From positions 28,832,001 through 28,896,000 of the forward strand of contig NC_058368.1 in assembly GCF_018350175.1 (NCBI RefSeq): a stretch of 64,000 nucleotides of DNA, given 5' to 3'. This DNA comes from Felis catus. Lineage: Eukaryota. The translations under genes and the position numbers were made by a program. Shown piece after piece: positions 12,701 through 26,395 of the stretch; the stretch's first letter is position 1; every line of letters begins with the position of its first letter. The notes beneath the pieces are model-generated. The model did no database searches. It was not told the origin of the DNA and saw nothing but the letters and a program-made list of their open reading frames with translations.

Positions 12701-14639
12701 CCATTGTGTGCCAGGTTCTTAACCACTTGAAATTTAAGTTTGCTTCTCTCCAAGCAGGTACATTATCTCCTGCTCACATGGGCTAGCATGAGGATTCAAG
12801 TGATTAAGCACCGAAAGGGTGTGTATGTATACAGCAGAGGGCTCCATAAATGTTAGTTTCCTCCTCTTTGTTTGCACAAAGGGAGCAGAAGCTTCCTGGA
12901 ACAGCTTTCTACCTCCTTTTGCAAGAGCAAGTCGCATGACTTCCCTTTCCTTTCTTACTTTCTTCTTTCCTCAAATTTTAGTAGTTATTCCCTGCAGGTT
13001 ATACGTGAGGTGAATGAGGTGTGTGAACTGGGGGACCGATCCTGGCCTCAGGGAGGGAGTTTTCCCTCCCAGGCACCAGACCTGTTGCTAAAGTACAGTG
13101 TGGTGAGTGCTGTAAGACAATGGCTTGGGAGCCCAAAGGAGGAGATTGTTCTGATGCTCAGAGAGAGAAAAGAATGGGCGAGTCAGGCAAAGCTTCCGAG
13201 AAGCGAGACATTTGATCAGAACACTAAAGAGTGAGTGGAAGAATTTGGATAGATGGGGGAAGGATGGGCTATTCTCAGAACGAACAACGTAAGCAAAGCT
13301 GTGGGAGCGCGAAGGTTCAGGAGACTGTTGGTTGATTAAGAAAACATTTGAGTGAGGTTTGCAGAGGGCTGCCAGCAGCTTTCAAGTTTACCTGCTACGA
13401 CATATCCTTCAACATCTGGACTGGCCCAGGTCTCATCCCTGGATTCATTTTCTCTTACCTGCTCTCCATTCTGCTTTAGGTCTTTTCTCCTGCTCCACTC
13501 CTATCTCCCCCTCCCCCTTGATGGGATACAGATGGAGTTTCCAAAATTCTGTATGTTCTCCTTGTCCAGGAAGACAAGGCCTACAGCCTTTTCCTTTAAA
13601 GGATTTTACCGCTAATCTCTCTGAGGAAACAGGATAATTAAAATAAGAAACCTGAGGAATGTATAAGAATTCCAGAATCTTTCAAGTCCTTTAAGTCATG
13701 GTCCCTGATGTTTTCTCTCACAGAAACTGGAAGCATATTTACTTCCTATCCTTGGTTTGATTCGTGTCTGTGGGACGTAACATGTTCCCTGCTTCTCTTA
13801 ACCCTGTAGTTGAAGGACCATCTGACTCCTACATCTGCGAAGGTCCTTCTCTCCAGGATATTACCACAAAGAACACAGTGAGATGGAACAGTAATGATAC
13901 AAGAAAGTGCCATTCTCGTGAGACATTTTGTATTTTCTCAGACTTCTCATTCATTCCACAGCTTCCTTCTCCCTTTTTAAATTTTCAACTCACTAAATAT
14001 TATCCCTAATATGAGTTAAATATGATGTAAAAACTGTTAACTTCATGCTAATTTCTATTAGAGAATACGCATTTTATATACAGAATAATGACAACTGAAC
14101 ATAAATACTCAGAGGCACAAGATGAAAATGGTAGCAGGTTTGTTTTAGCAGCTGCACGTTGTATAATGTTTTGTTTTTTACATTTCCCAGTGAGAAAAAT
14201 GAGTGTGTGTAACTTTTATGATGGAAAAATAAGAGACTATTTATGTATTTATTCAATTAAAGTAATCCTGAGGATTTTGTGTTCTAGGCAAAAACTGATT
14301 GGAAAGCACAAATCGCTGTAACTGGTCCTTTCTGCTCCGCATATTTATAGAAATTCCTTTTGAGGTTATGCTTTTAGCATTTCCTCGAAGGAACCATCAG
14401 AGCTTTCAAAATGAAGTCAGAAATGACCTGATGAGATCTCTATTTTAGAAAAATAACTAAACAACTTGTGGGCTGGCCTGTTGTGAGTCCAGAGGAGGGA
14501 GACCAAAAGACTCCTGGCACAACGATGGGCCGCCCTTGAGTAGTGACAGTGAATTGGAGAGGAAGGAGCAGATATGGGAAGCAGGCACTTCAAAGTAAAC
14601 AAATCCAAAATTAAACTGCCTTTTTTTAAAACTAGGCTT

Positions 14640-15500
14640 CCCTCCTCCTCCCAGCAAATCCACTTCTCCTCCCCTGTTTCATTTGTCAGTAGATGGCACC
14701 ACCTTCCACCCTGTGGCCCCAGATAGAAACTGACTCCTCTGTCTCCTCATCTCCACATCCAGACCATCACCAGATCCCATTAGTTCTTTTCCCTAAATAC
14801 CTCTTAAATCCATCCATTTCTTCTGCTCCTTAGTTTAAACCACCATCATCTCCTGCCTGGATTTTTTTAAGGCATTTCTGGGCTGCTTTCTTAGGCTTTC
14901 ATTCTTTCTGTCTGCCAGATCATTCTACAGAGTGGTTTTCCAAAAATCAAAATCTGATCCTATTACTCCTCTACTCTACTTCTACTTTTGGGAAACAGCC
15001 CAAACTCTTTTAACTGGCTTCCAAGGCTTTGCCAGAGCTAGACCCTGCCTGCCATTCTTGTTTGATTTCTTACCATTCCCTTCCTCATTCCTGCTCTAGC
15101 CTTTGCCCTCTCTCAGACCTGTCCAGCACTCCAGCTCACAATTGCCCTCAAGTCTTTACACATACTCTTCTCTCCACCTGGAACACTCTTCCTCCTCCTC
15201 CTCCTCCTCCTCCTCCTCCTCCTCCTCCTCCTCCCCATTACCTCCTTAACTCCTTGACATCCCCACTCAACAGTATTATGTGGGGTGGGCCTGCCTGAGC
15301 CCTTTGCTAAAATCTTCAGGCATCTCGGATATCCCATAGCATAACACTTATTATAGGTGTACTCGTTATATTTGCTTAATTGTCTTTGCTTCTTACTAGA
15401 TGGTAAGCTGTGAGTGTGACCATGGGCCATGGCTATTTTATTTACCATCATATCTTGCTCAGCTAGTACATTACCTGTAATGTTATGTGTTGAAATAGTT
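14640..15500. mobile_element. LINE-2 fossil fragments, including a (CCT)n expansion at about 15190-15232
   Basis: accaccatcatctcctgcctgga, aaaatctgatc, ctagatggtaagctgtgag...ctagtacattacctg motifs. Confidence 0.65.
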
Positions 15501-16639
15501 GACGTATTGGACAAGGGAGGGAGGGAAGATAGGAAATAAGGAAGAAAAGGAGAGAAAGGAGTGAGAAGAAAGAATAAAAACATTTTGCAGGTAGAGACTA
15601 CACAGGTTGTAGTGACATTGAATGCGGTCATAGGAAAAAGTAGACTAGTCAAAAACGTTCCAAGGTTCGTTCACTGAGTAGCAGGGTACATGGTGATACT
15701 CTCTTATACTGGGATTAAAAAGAAAAAGGAGTGGGTTTTGGTGGCAGCATAATGAGTCCACTATGAACATCTGGTGCAGAAGTTCAGTTGACAGGGATAA
15801 GGGATCTCAGCTGGAGCTTCGGAAAGAGATTTGAGCCTATGATGACTCCAGTTATGGGAGTGGCTGAGATTGCCCAGGGAGAGTATATGGAGCAAGAAGA
15901 TAGCTGAGCTAGAAGTTCTGAAGTTCTAAAGACCCTAATGTAAAGAAAAAGAGATCCCCGGTGGCAGCTGGGGATTTCATGTCACATCCCACATCTCTGG
16001 GACTTGTAAGCCCCTAAAACAGTATGTTGCTCCAGAGCAGTTTGAAAAACATGGCTGATTAGGTAACTTTGGAGGTGGGCAGGGAGCAGGAACTCCTGGC
16101 AGTAGCTTTCCATGATCTGTTTCTATCAGGAGATCCTTTGTATTTCTGACATTACAGTGCGTTTATGATACTTGCTTTCTCTAGATTCTTTGAAGTTAGC
16201 AGACTTGATATGCTAACAAACACATTTTACTCCTCTGAATGTATCTATTTAAAATTTTATGTTTGTTAGAACATGCCATTTAAAGCTTGCAGAGCTTTGT
16301 AGTATATGTGCAAACGTGAAAATATTTTCCTTCTCTTTGTTCCTGTGTTAGACTTGGAACTATCTGGGGAGAAATCCAGTTAGATATCAAAAAGATTCCT
16401 AGAAGATGAAATGATCCATTGTTCTTATGTCAGTGAATTTGTCAGTTTGACAGTCAGCTCTAATAACGTTGAATCTTTTGTAGGTGAAATGTGTAAATTG
16501 GATCATTGCAAAACTTGACCAGTTTTTACTAGTCTGGAACTCATCACAGTTTCCGATATTCACTATCTTTATTAACATGATCACAGTTCATATCTTACTG
16601 GGATTTTATACCCTTTTCCAGTACTTTCCAAATTCTTTG

Positions 16640-17345
16640 TATTCATTCATTGGACAAATGTTTATTGAATGCATTATTGTGTCAGGCTCTGTGCTGGCCT
16701 CTGGGCAAACCAGCAATAAATAGTCCTGGACCCTGCCCTCAGGACGTTTTCAGTTCACAGAACAGTGGATGAGAGAGACATTATAAACAAGTTGTCACCC
16801 ATATAAATCCTACTTATGCTTAAGAAGGAAAAATAAAGGGTACTGTGGGAGGTGAGGAAGAGCCTAAGTTACTCTGGGAGGTAGGAGAAGCCTTTGTGAA
16901 GAAGGGAATTAAGATAATGAGTGTGAATGACTAAAATGGTGAATGATAGAAAAGCTCCCCAAGGAGAAGGATGTGCATGTGCAAGGCCCCTGAGGTAGGA
17001 AGAGCTTGGAATCTTTTAAGGACTGAAGGAAGCTGAGTGTGACTGGAACAGTGTTTGGGTGGAGAAGAGCGGACACTGGAGGCCTGGAGGAATGAGTGGA
17101 GGCTAGAGCATGTAGGACCTTACAGGCCACAGGAAGAATTTTCACACTTCCTCTAAATGTGGTGAGAAGCTACTGAGTGGGGTTGAGCAGAATGACATAA
17201 TCTAATTTATCTGTTAAGAACATTACTCCAGCTGGCAGTGTGGAAAATACATTCAAAATAGCATGAATGAATGAATAGAATGAACAAATGAATAGAGTGA
17301 ATGAATGAATGAATGTAGGGAGCTCAGTTGTGAGACTATTGCAGG
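16640..17345. mobile_element. LINE-2 fossil
   Basis: attcattcattggacaaatgtttattgaatgc...caggctctgtgctgg...gtgcaaggcccctgaggtagga; (GAAT)n. Confidence 0.7.
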
Positions 17346-17349
17346 TACA

Positions 17350-17518
17350 TATTCTTGCTGCACAACGTCTGTGGATGAGCAGTGTTGGTGCCACTTGGAA
17401 GCATCTTAGAGATGCAGAGTCTCAGACCCCAGCCCAGACCTACCAAATCATTCTGCATCTTGTTAAGATCTGAGAGGTGATTCATTTGCTCATCAAAGCT
17501 TGAGAACCACTGTTCTAG
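17350..17518. mobile_element. MER5-type non-autonomous hAT DNA transposon
   Basis: ttagagatgcagagtctcagaccccagcccagacctac...ttctgcatctt...caaagcttgagaaccactg. Confidence 0.75.
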
Positions 17519-18212
17519 ACAAGATAAGATATTCCTTTGGTTTAAGATGATTCCAGAGAAATTTGACAGACTTAAGATCTATTTTGGAGATAGAAATGAG
17601 AGGAATAGTAATGAATTGAGAGGGAGTCAGAAGTACTGAGGATGACTGGGGTCACTGCCATAAACACCTGGGGAGATGTAGATATCATTAATTCATTAGA
17701 CAGATTAGCTGAGTACCTACTTAGTGTGAGCACCATTCTAGACACTAGCAATACAGTAGTGTACAAGACAAGCTTCTTGAGCTAACATTTCCAGTCCGGG
17801 AGAAAGGTAACACACAAGCAAATAAATTGACGGAATGTTAAATGATGATAAATGCTTTGGAGAAAGATAGGGTTAGCTCTTGATTTTTCCTCCTGAAAAA
17901 GGTCTTCCTCCCCTAGTCTTTCCTATCCATTTGCTCAAGGAATTATCTAGAAGTAACCTTTGATCTTTCTTTTCCTTTACCCTCCCTTATCCAGTTCGTG
18001 AGCCAGTTTTGTCAGCTTTACTTGCAAAACAAGTTGAATCTGTCTTTCTCCACTTGTACCTCCCTAATCTAAGCCATCACTGTCTCTTGCCTGGATTCTG
18101 GAAGTAGCATTCCAACTGGTTCCCAGTTTCCATCCTTACCCCCTCCCTTATAATTCACTCTCCATACCTATGTATTAGTTCATGTCACTTCTCTGCTAAA
18201 AAATCTTGTAAT

Positions 18213-18381
18213 GGGGGCTCCTAGGTGGTTCAGTCGGTTGGGCGTCCAACTTTGGCTCAGGTCATGATCTCACGGTTCATGAGTTCACGCCCCACGTCGG
18301 GCCCTGTGCTGACAACTCAGAGCCTGGAGCCTGCTTCGGATTCTGTGTCTCCCTGTCTCTCTGCCCTTCCCTGCTTATTCA

Positions 18382-18431
<50 letters not shown>

Positions 18432-18570
18432 AATAAATAAATAAATAAATAAATAAATATAAATATATATATAAATATGTAAATATATATATAAATATGT
18501 AAATATAAATATATAAATATACCTATATATACACCTATATATACACCTATATATACATATATATATATAA
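18213..18570 (+). mobile_element. Can-SINE with long (CT)n and an expanded AT-rich tail
   Basis: Head gggggctcctaggtggttcagtcgg; (TAAA)n then TA-rich units including repeated tatacacctata. Confidence 0.9.
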
Positions 18571-19223
18571 ATGGCTCCCTATCGAATAGAATAAAATCCC
18601 ACTTCTTCACCTTGACTTGTAAACTTGGTTGGTTAGACCCTACTTACTTTTATTTCTTTATCTTGTATATTCTTCTCTTGCCTACAACACTTGAACACAT
18701 GGGCTGCTCCTCAGATATCCTAAGCTTATATGTACTTTAGGGGATCAGCTGTAGCAACTTTTCTCCTGGAATGCCCCTTCTGGAGTCTTGATAGCACTGG
18801 CTCCTCGTCATCTAGATCTCAGCTTAAAGTTACCTGAGAAAAGGTCTTCACTTCTAAATCAGTGTCAATAACCACCCAGTTAGTATTACCTCACCCTATC
18901 TTAACTGTGTGTAGAGAACATCACTGCTTGATAATTTTCTTTATTTTGTTAGTTGTCTAACTATATGTTGCTGGCTTTCTACCTACTTTTCTAATCTACC
19001 TTCCAATCCTTCTGTCTCCACACTTCTGAAATGGGAGTTCCAGAAGAGTGGAAACCTTATCTGTCTCGTTCACTGGTCTCTCTCCTGACATGTGCCAACA
19101 CTCAGTAAATGTTTGTTTATATGTTGAGTGGATAAACAGTCAATCTCCTGGATACCAGTGTCTCCTCTTTCAGTATAGTTTGCATATTATTGCCATATTG
19201 TCCTTCTTTAAATTTTGATTTCA

Positions 19224-19444
19224 GGGGCGCCTGGGTGGCGCAGTCGGTTAAGCGTCCGACTTCAGCCAGGTCACGATCTCGCGGTCCGTGAGTTCGAGCC
19301 CCGCGTCAGGCTCTGGGCTGATGGCTCGGAGCCTGGAGCCTGTTTCCGATTCTGTGTCTCCCTCTCTCTCTGCCCCTCCCCCGTTCATGCTCTGTCTCTC
19401 TCTGTCCCAAAAATAAACGTTGAAAAAAAAATTAAAAAAAAAAA
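19224..19444 (+). mobile_element. Young felid SINE (SINEC_Fc-type)
   Basis: CpG-rich ggggcgcctgggtggcgcagtcggttaagcgtccgacttcagccaggtcacgatctcgcgg...ctgggctgatggctcgg. Confidence 0.93.
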
Positions 19445-20079
19445 TATATTGATTTCATTCTGTTTCCCTGAATTGAGGGTATACAATGGATCTTAATTGC
19501 TTGCTACTGTGTGTTTCTGTGTGTGCTTCATATCTCTGTCGTATTTATTAATTGGTAATCATTCCAGCCCTCTTAGTCTCTCTTGCATCTGTCATCTTAT
19601 GACATATTTAGTGGGCCAAAGAGAAGAGAAAGATTCTAAGGTTATTAGAATCTATGTCATATAAGTTAGCAGTTATTTATGTACACTGGTGACTTGTCTT
19701 CTGTGCTCCCTGTGTATGTATCTTGCCTCCTTTTGAGAACTGTGAGGGACAACTTCTCATATTTTCTTTGCGAATTTGTTTATCTTAGAGGAACTGTCAC
19801 AGTTCTTGGACTATGAGAATGCTCAATAAATACTCATTTGATTGATTTGAATTTCTATCCTCTGTGCTTGTAGAATGCCTTTCTTTACAAGATATTTGAG
19901 CGTGTAGCAGAAATACCAATGCCTGCTTCCTTCTATTGGGGTTCTGCTCTTACTGCTTAGCGCCATGCATTTTCCTGATCTGCCTAATGATTTCCTTAGG
20001 ATGGACTCCTAGCAGTAGGGGAGGAGAAAATTCAAGGCCCCATTTCCCTAAATCAATTTCAAACTGAGAGAAATATAAT

Positions 20080-20320
20080 CCGTAATGTTGGGACTAAAAG
20101 CATGAGCATCAGAATCAGACAGACCTGGATTTGAATCCTGGCTGTGTGACCACAAACATGTTGCTTGGCTTTTCTGAGACTTGGTGTCTTGATTTGTGAA
20201 GTTGGAATAATCAAAATACTTACCTCATAGAGCTGTTATGGTAATTAAATGAAAGAACACAGGTAAATACCTAGCATAGAGCTTGGCAGGGAGGGTATAA
20301 GAAATCAGTAAGTGTTATTT
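20080..20320. mobile_element. MIR fossil
   Basis: gaatcagacagacctggatttgaatcctggct...tacttacctcatagagctgttatggtaattaaatga. Confidence 0.75.
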
Positions 20321-20579
20321 ATCGCTATGACTACATATGACTATGGAATTTAGCTTTTTGACGACTTCTACTCTTCCCACACAACTCACTTGTTAAAAGA
20401 GTCACATTCCGTTAATAGAGTATTCCACCTCTAAGAGAAAACTTTAAAATGGGGAACTAGCATGGGAGTGGTTTCCATTTTTAACAGTCTGTCTTCTACA
20501 AAGGATGGCAACAACTCTCAGCATCAATAAGTGGTAAGGACATGAGGACATTCCTAACAAGAGCAGATATAGTTGAAAC

Positions 20580-20763
20580 TTTTTTTTTTAAGAGAGAAAG
20601 AGTGCATAAGAGCTGAGAAGAAGGGAAGGAGAGAGAGAATCTTAAGCAGGTTCCATGCTCAGCACAGAGCGCCACGTGAGGATCCATCTCATGACCCTGA
20701 GATCATGATGTGAACTGAAATCAATAATTGGACGCTCAACGGACTGAGCCATCTAGGTGCCCC
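20580..20763 (-). mobile_element. Can-SINE
   Basis: Typical body; TSD tagttga(a/g)actt. Confidence 0.88.
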
Positions 20764-21345
20764 TAGTTGAGACTTATTAATAAACCTTGGTTATAATTTA
20801 GGTTTCGAAGGTTTTAAAGGACTGAAAGAGGGATAAAAGGAGAAAAATAAATGAGTGATTAACACCGAAGTACGGTGTTGTATTCATCTGTCTTTAAAAA
20901 CCATACACTTCTGAAGAACCACTGGCAAAATCGTTGTTTTTATACTTAGTTTATTGCCTTTGATGCCATTCTTCAAATTTGAAATAATTAATATTGTACT
21001 ATAACATCTATATTTAAGTGTAAGACTGTAGAACAGAAAAAACAAGCTGTAGAAGGCTAAAAGTTATTATGAAGTTCCTTTTAAATAAAAAGAATGCGTT
21101 TAGTGTATTTTATGTAAATTAACCTAGTGTACTTAGAAGTAACTTTTTTAAAAACCTTTCTGTCAGAAGTTGTGCTGTATTTGTTTGCTGTATGTAAACA
21201 TATATATATGTATATATGTATGTTTTCATTAACAATAAGCTGAAACAGTACAACTTTGAGAAAGTACATTTGGCAAAAGATTCTTCTGGTTTGTTTTACC
21301 TCCACAAAAGTCTCTTTTTGTTTAACGCTCCTTGTGTAATTACAG

Positions 21346-21422
21346 GGTGTAGGAAAGAACAAGATTGTTGACAGATTCCTTCACCTGCTCAACAGACCTC
21401 GAGAATACATTCAGCTGCACAG
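21346..21422 (+). CDS. VWA8: VWA8 coding exon (GVGKNKIVDRFLHLLNRPREYIQLH-R), second half of Walker A
   Basis: ttacag acceptor, 77 nt, AG|gtaaga donor, phase 0 to 2. Peptide recognised as VWA8. Confidence 0.96.
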
Positions 21423-22144
21423 GTAAGAGTGTAAGACCCACAACCTCTTGAGATGTAGTTTAATTATTTATTTTTCTCCCAGTACAATTTAAAAATACTT
21501 TTTTAAAAGCCCATTTTATAAGCCAGTTTTATTTCTGTTCCTCCTGTCCTTATCTTTCTCCTCCTTAAAAGGCAATAAAACATGGCAAAATTTATTTTTA
21601 AAGTGACTAATGCTTTATAAACATGAATAAATAGATATTTTGTGGACAGAGAGTGATGAACATTACATTCTAGGAGCAGATTTCATCAACATAAAGGCCC
21701 TTAAATTGGAATAAAAATATTAGAGGCTAAGCCCATTCACTAACAGGAAGCTAAAATAGCTCACAAGGAGAAACAATATACTATATGATCTCAGGAATGA
21801 GGTAAGAAACCAAAAATATAGAATAAGTTATTAGTCTCCTTGCCTTCCTTATAAACACTTTGTGGATTATTTAGTTTTGTGTGGTCAGAATGCTGGTTCA
21901 GGGATAGCTTTTAATCAAATAGATTTTCTTGACATGAATTGTTTTTACCTGTATCAGCCAACCTGCTCTAAATCTTTCTAAAATAAAAGTAAGTAGCAGA
22001 TCCACCAAAACAGAGACAGAGACAAAGAGATGGGAAAGAGAGAGAGAGAAAAATAGAGAAATCAAGGAATATACCAAGTAATAAGCAGGTTAAAACTAGA
22101 TTTAATTGTTATTTTAATCCCAAGAGATAAAACATATTGTGTAG

Positions 22145-22345
22145 TGGGTGTTACTCAGTTACTCACTTAAGCATCTGACTCTTGATTCATGCTCAGGTCA
22201 TGATCTCACAATTCATGAGATCAAGTCCCGCATTGCGCTCTGCACTGACAGTGTGGAGCCTGCTTGGAATTCTCTTTCTCCTTCTCTCTTTGCCCCTTCC
22301 CCACTCACATTCTCACTCTCTCAAAATAAACAAACATTTAAAAAT
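22145..22345 (+). mobile_element. Can-SINE with diverged head
   Basis: gctcaggtcatgatctcac...cctgcttggaattctc; TSD tattgtgtagtgg. Confidence 0.88.
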
Positions 22346-22559
22346 ATGTATGTATTGTGTAGTGGAAAAAACATTGGACTGAGTTGCAAGAATTAGTTTC
22401 TCATTTGAGTCCTTCCATTAAATAATATGTTCTTGGGAGAAAAATGTAAGAAAAAAGAAAGCAGAATTAATGAGTCATGAAAGAAAGAGAAGAGAACCAA
22501 AGTAAAGCTGAGAGATAGTAAAAAACAAAAAACAAAATCTCCCTCATGGGATTTATACC

Positions 22560-24550
22560 TCCGGCTATTATGGAGATGGAGTAAGTGGTACCAGATTAGT
22601 CCTACCATAGTAAAGAATTATAAAACTGCACAAGACTCACAAATACTGGGAAACTTACAACTACCTGGGATCTGTGAGCTAAACAAGTACCAGAGGTCCC
22701 ACATGATTAGGAGCCTCCATTAAACACTCCTGGCATTCGGAAGATATTCTATAGAGTGTGTGCTTTAGAAGTAGAACCAGTCTATCTGTAAAATAAAAGT
22801 TGCTTTATGCTCATCCTTAATAAGTTTAACTGGGTGTTGTATGGAAACCAATTTGACAATAAATTTCATATTAAAAAATAAAATAAATAAAAACGAAAAA
22901 AAAAAGCCTTGAGAAAACAAGGATGCTTGCTATTTAGCAGTATTTTTGGACGTTTTTCTCATGCACAGTGACTTTAAAAATTAAAGGGATGGATGCTAGG
23001 GGGGAAATGTCTTTAAAAGATCAGTCTAATTCACAAGTACATTAACTGCCTAGCCAAACAAACTTCACATGAAATGAAGGAAGACTGTAAAATCCATTTA
23101 ACAATATATAGCATCCATAATGTCAAGCATTCAATAGAAAATTACTAGACATACAAAGAAGCAGGAAAATTGGTCAGTAGAAATAAAACCCAAAATGACA
23201 GATTGTGGAATTAGCAGACAAGGACTATAAAACAATTGCCATAAATATATTCAGGCATTTAAAGGAGAAAAAATGAGTATAATGAGGGAATAATTAGGAA
23301 TTCTCAATATAGAAATGGCAACTGTAAAAAAAGCAGTCTCACATATGAGCAATCGGAGTCTCAAAAGAAAGGAGAAAGAATGAGTCAGAACAATATTTGA
23401 AGACATAATGGTGGAAAAATTCCCAAATTTGATGGAAAGCATAAAATCACCAATCCAGGAAACTCAGCGACTTTCAAGTAGGATAAACAGGAGACCTCAA
23501 CAAAGTACACTATATTTAAATTGTTGAAAATTGGAAGACAAAAATCTTTAAAACTGCCAGAGAGGAAAAAAGACATATTACAGGGGAAAAAACATATTAC
23601 AGAAGGAAAATGATAAAAATGACTGCTGATTTTTCATATGTAGTAAATACAAACCACAATTCAGTGAAAAGATTATTTTCAAAGTGCCAAAAGAAGAAAA
23701 AAAAGTGAGACGTGAGTGTCAAATAGTGTGTTTGGAAAAAAAATCTTTAAAAATAGATATTTTTGGATAAACAAGAGCTGAGGGTATTTTTTCAACAGCA
23801 GACCTGCATAATATAAATAAATTACAGCGCAGCATTTTCCATGAACATAGATACAAAAATCTGTAAAGAGTATTAAAAAATCAACTTCCAGAATATATAA
23901 AAAGGATAATACATCGTAATCAAGTGAGTTTTATCCCAGGATTGTAAGGTTGACTTAACATTTGAAAATCAAACAATGTGACTCATTCAATCTATAGCAT
24001 AAGGGAAAAGCTATGTGATCATCTCAATCATTGCAAAAAAAAAAAAAAGTATTTGGTAAGATTTAATACCCATTCATGATAAAATGTTTTAACACATTAC
24101 AAATAGCAGGAAACTTCCTCAACTTAAGAAGAGACATTTATGAAAAACTTGCAGCTAACTTATATTTAATGGTGAAAAGCTAAATGCTCTCTTTCTATAA
24201 TGGGGGAAAAAACAGAGATATTCACTATTCAGCATTATGCTGCAGGCCCTAATCAGTGCAATAAGACAAGAAAAAACTAAAGCTAAAATACATATTTAAA
24301 TGAAAGAAGTAAATTGTCTTTATTTAAAGATGACATGATTGTATATATAGAAAATTCTAGGAAATCTACAAAAAAAAAAAAGCCATCAGAATAAGTGAGT
24401 TGAGAAAGATCACAGGATACTAGGTCAATGTGGAGCATCAGTTTTATTTTTATATAATAGCAATGGACAAAGAAAAGTAATTTTTAAATATTATTTATAA
24501 TAGGATAAAAACATAAAATACATAGTAATAAATTTAACAAAATATGTGCA
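22560..24550 (+). mobile_element. Degraded ancient L1 (ORF1/ORF2 remnants)
   Basis: A-rich strand bias; aatatttgaagacataatggtggaaaaattcccaaatttgatgg; caagtgagttttatcccaggattgtaaggttg; gatgacatgattgtatatatagaaaattc (RT YADD-region remnant). No intact ORF. Confidence 0.8.
22829..22905 (+). mobile_element. Very short, young felid L1 3' tip
   Basis: actgggtgttgtatggaaaccaatttgacaataaatttcatatt followed by an A-rich tail. Confidence 0.8.
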
Positions 24551-25644
24551 AATTTTAATTTGCTGATTTTAATAGGGCATAGCAAGGCCATCTCAATCCC
24601 TTAACTTGCATAGGTCACCTGCATAGTTTTGGAAAATTTCTAGCCTATTCCTTCATCTTCTCATGGTTCTTCTTTCTATGAATAATAACTTATATAAACC
24701 TAGGAATTTCAACTCACCTTTTTTAGGAATTTACTATGTCAAGATTATAGAACTATGTGTTTTAGAGGGTTTAGAAAGGAATAAGAAACATGATTTCTAT
24801 CTTTAAAGAGCTATAATACTGTCCTTGTTTATAGTTATTTCAATATTTTATGTTTCCCTGAATCTGAAGAACTACCTTTTCCCCTCATCTTTAAGCTTTA
24901 AAACAAGTTTTTCTTCCTACATGGACAAAGTTTGAAGAAAATAATGAAAGAATCAAAGTTTGACTAGTTTGCTAGTTCTCACCTGAATAACTTTTGTTTA
25001 TAACATCACAGTTCTAGTTTTTGAGCCTTAAAGCACATGGCAAGACCCATATTTTATATTTTTAAGGATGATAGAGTGAGCATTGCAGTTGTTCATTCTT
25101 CGAATTTGTGCTATTTTATTTTGGTTGCATTGTGTTTAGTTTCTACTGTTTAGTGGTGCCCTTAAAAATATGTAATTACTTGGAAGTTTTAATTAGTGTA
25201 TATTCCCATGCCACTTAGGCATACAATGTCAATTTGAGCAAAAACATATGAATTTAAATTTTAGATTTTAAAATAAGCAGAAAGCCAACTTATTTTAAAG
25301 ATGACATCAAAGATTGAAATTGGCTCACAAATTTATGCCCCAGAAATAAGGAAGTCACTTTATGTGAGAGTCCCTTTGTATGATGGGACAATTTTTCCAT
25401 TTCTATATATTGGACACCAAAATACTTTAAAAGAAATAGGCTGTGTTAGGCTGAATTATATCAATTAATTTTGATTGTGAATTATGGAGGTTACTTAGCA
25501 CAATCAGTAAAAAAGAAGACAAAGAAATAAAACAGGTACTTAGTAATTATTCCTGGGTGTATGTCATCATCACACTGATTGTAAACAGGCCTTTGTTTAT
25601 TATTCATTATCTTCAATAGTTCTAAGAGGTTTTGATAAATCTTA

Positions 25645-26020
25645 TTTTTCTAGGAATTATTCATTGTCTTCTAATTATTGGTATAAAGTTGTTGTAATAT
25701 CATCTTATGATATTTTAATGTCCTTAGGCTCAGTAATGATATCTTCATTTTTATACCTGGTATTGGTTACTTGCCTTCTCTTTCTTTTATTCGTGATCAG
25801 TTTTTCCAGAAGGTTGTCAATATTATTGGTCTGTTCAAGCAACCAACTTCTGGTATTGTTGAACCTCTTTTGTGTGTTTCTTTTCTAGTCAGTATTTTCT
25901 GATTTTATCTTGATTATACCCTTCCTTTTATTTCCTTTGGATTTAATCTGCTTTTCTGTTTTAAACTCTTTTATATGAATGTTGAAGTAATTGATTTTTT
26001 ACCTTTTATTTATATATGTT
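25645..26020 (-). mobile_element. Ancient L1 fragment
   Basis: T-rich; gaggttgtcaatattattggtctgttcaagcaaccaacttctgg resembles antisense L1 ORF2. Confidence 0.65.
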
Positions 26021-26186
26021 TGAGGGTATCTATCTTTGGGTCTCCCTTTGGCTCTCAGTTCCTTCATCTCTAATTAAGAAAGGTAGACAAGGTAATTTGT
26101 AGCATCTTTTAGCTCTATATTCCAAAATCTTTGAATAAGCAAGAAGAAGATGGTATTCAAGGTACTTTAGAAAGTTGGGAAGATTA

Positions 26187-26395
26187 GTGGTGCCTGGGTG
26201 GCTCAGTCAGTTAGGCGTCTGGCTTCGGCTCAGGTCATGATCTCACAGTTCATGAGTTCAAGCCCCATGTTGGGCTCTGTGCTGACAGCTCAGAGCCTGG
26301 AGACTGCTTCAAATTCTGTGTCTTCCTCTCTCTCTGCCCCTGCCCTGCTCATTGTCCCTCTCTCTCTCTCAAAAATAAATAAGTCATTTTTTAAA
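26187..26395 (+). mobile_element. Can-SINE
   Basis: Typical body; TSD aaagttNNgaagattag. Confidence 0.9.

Noticed and set aside
15029..15652. Poly-Pro ORF (+) and 179-aa poly-Arg ORF (-)
   Set aside because: Produced by (CCT)n inside L2 fossil sequence.
19224..19310. tRNA-like A/B boxes
   Set aside because: tRNA-derived SINE head followed by (CT)n and an A-tail; not a tRNA gene.
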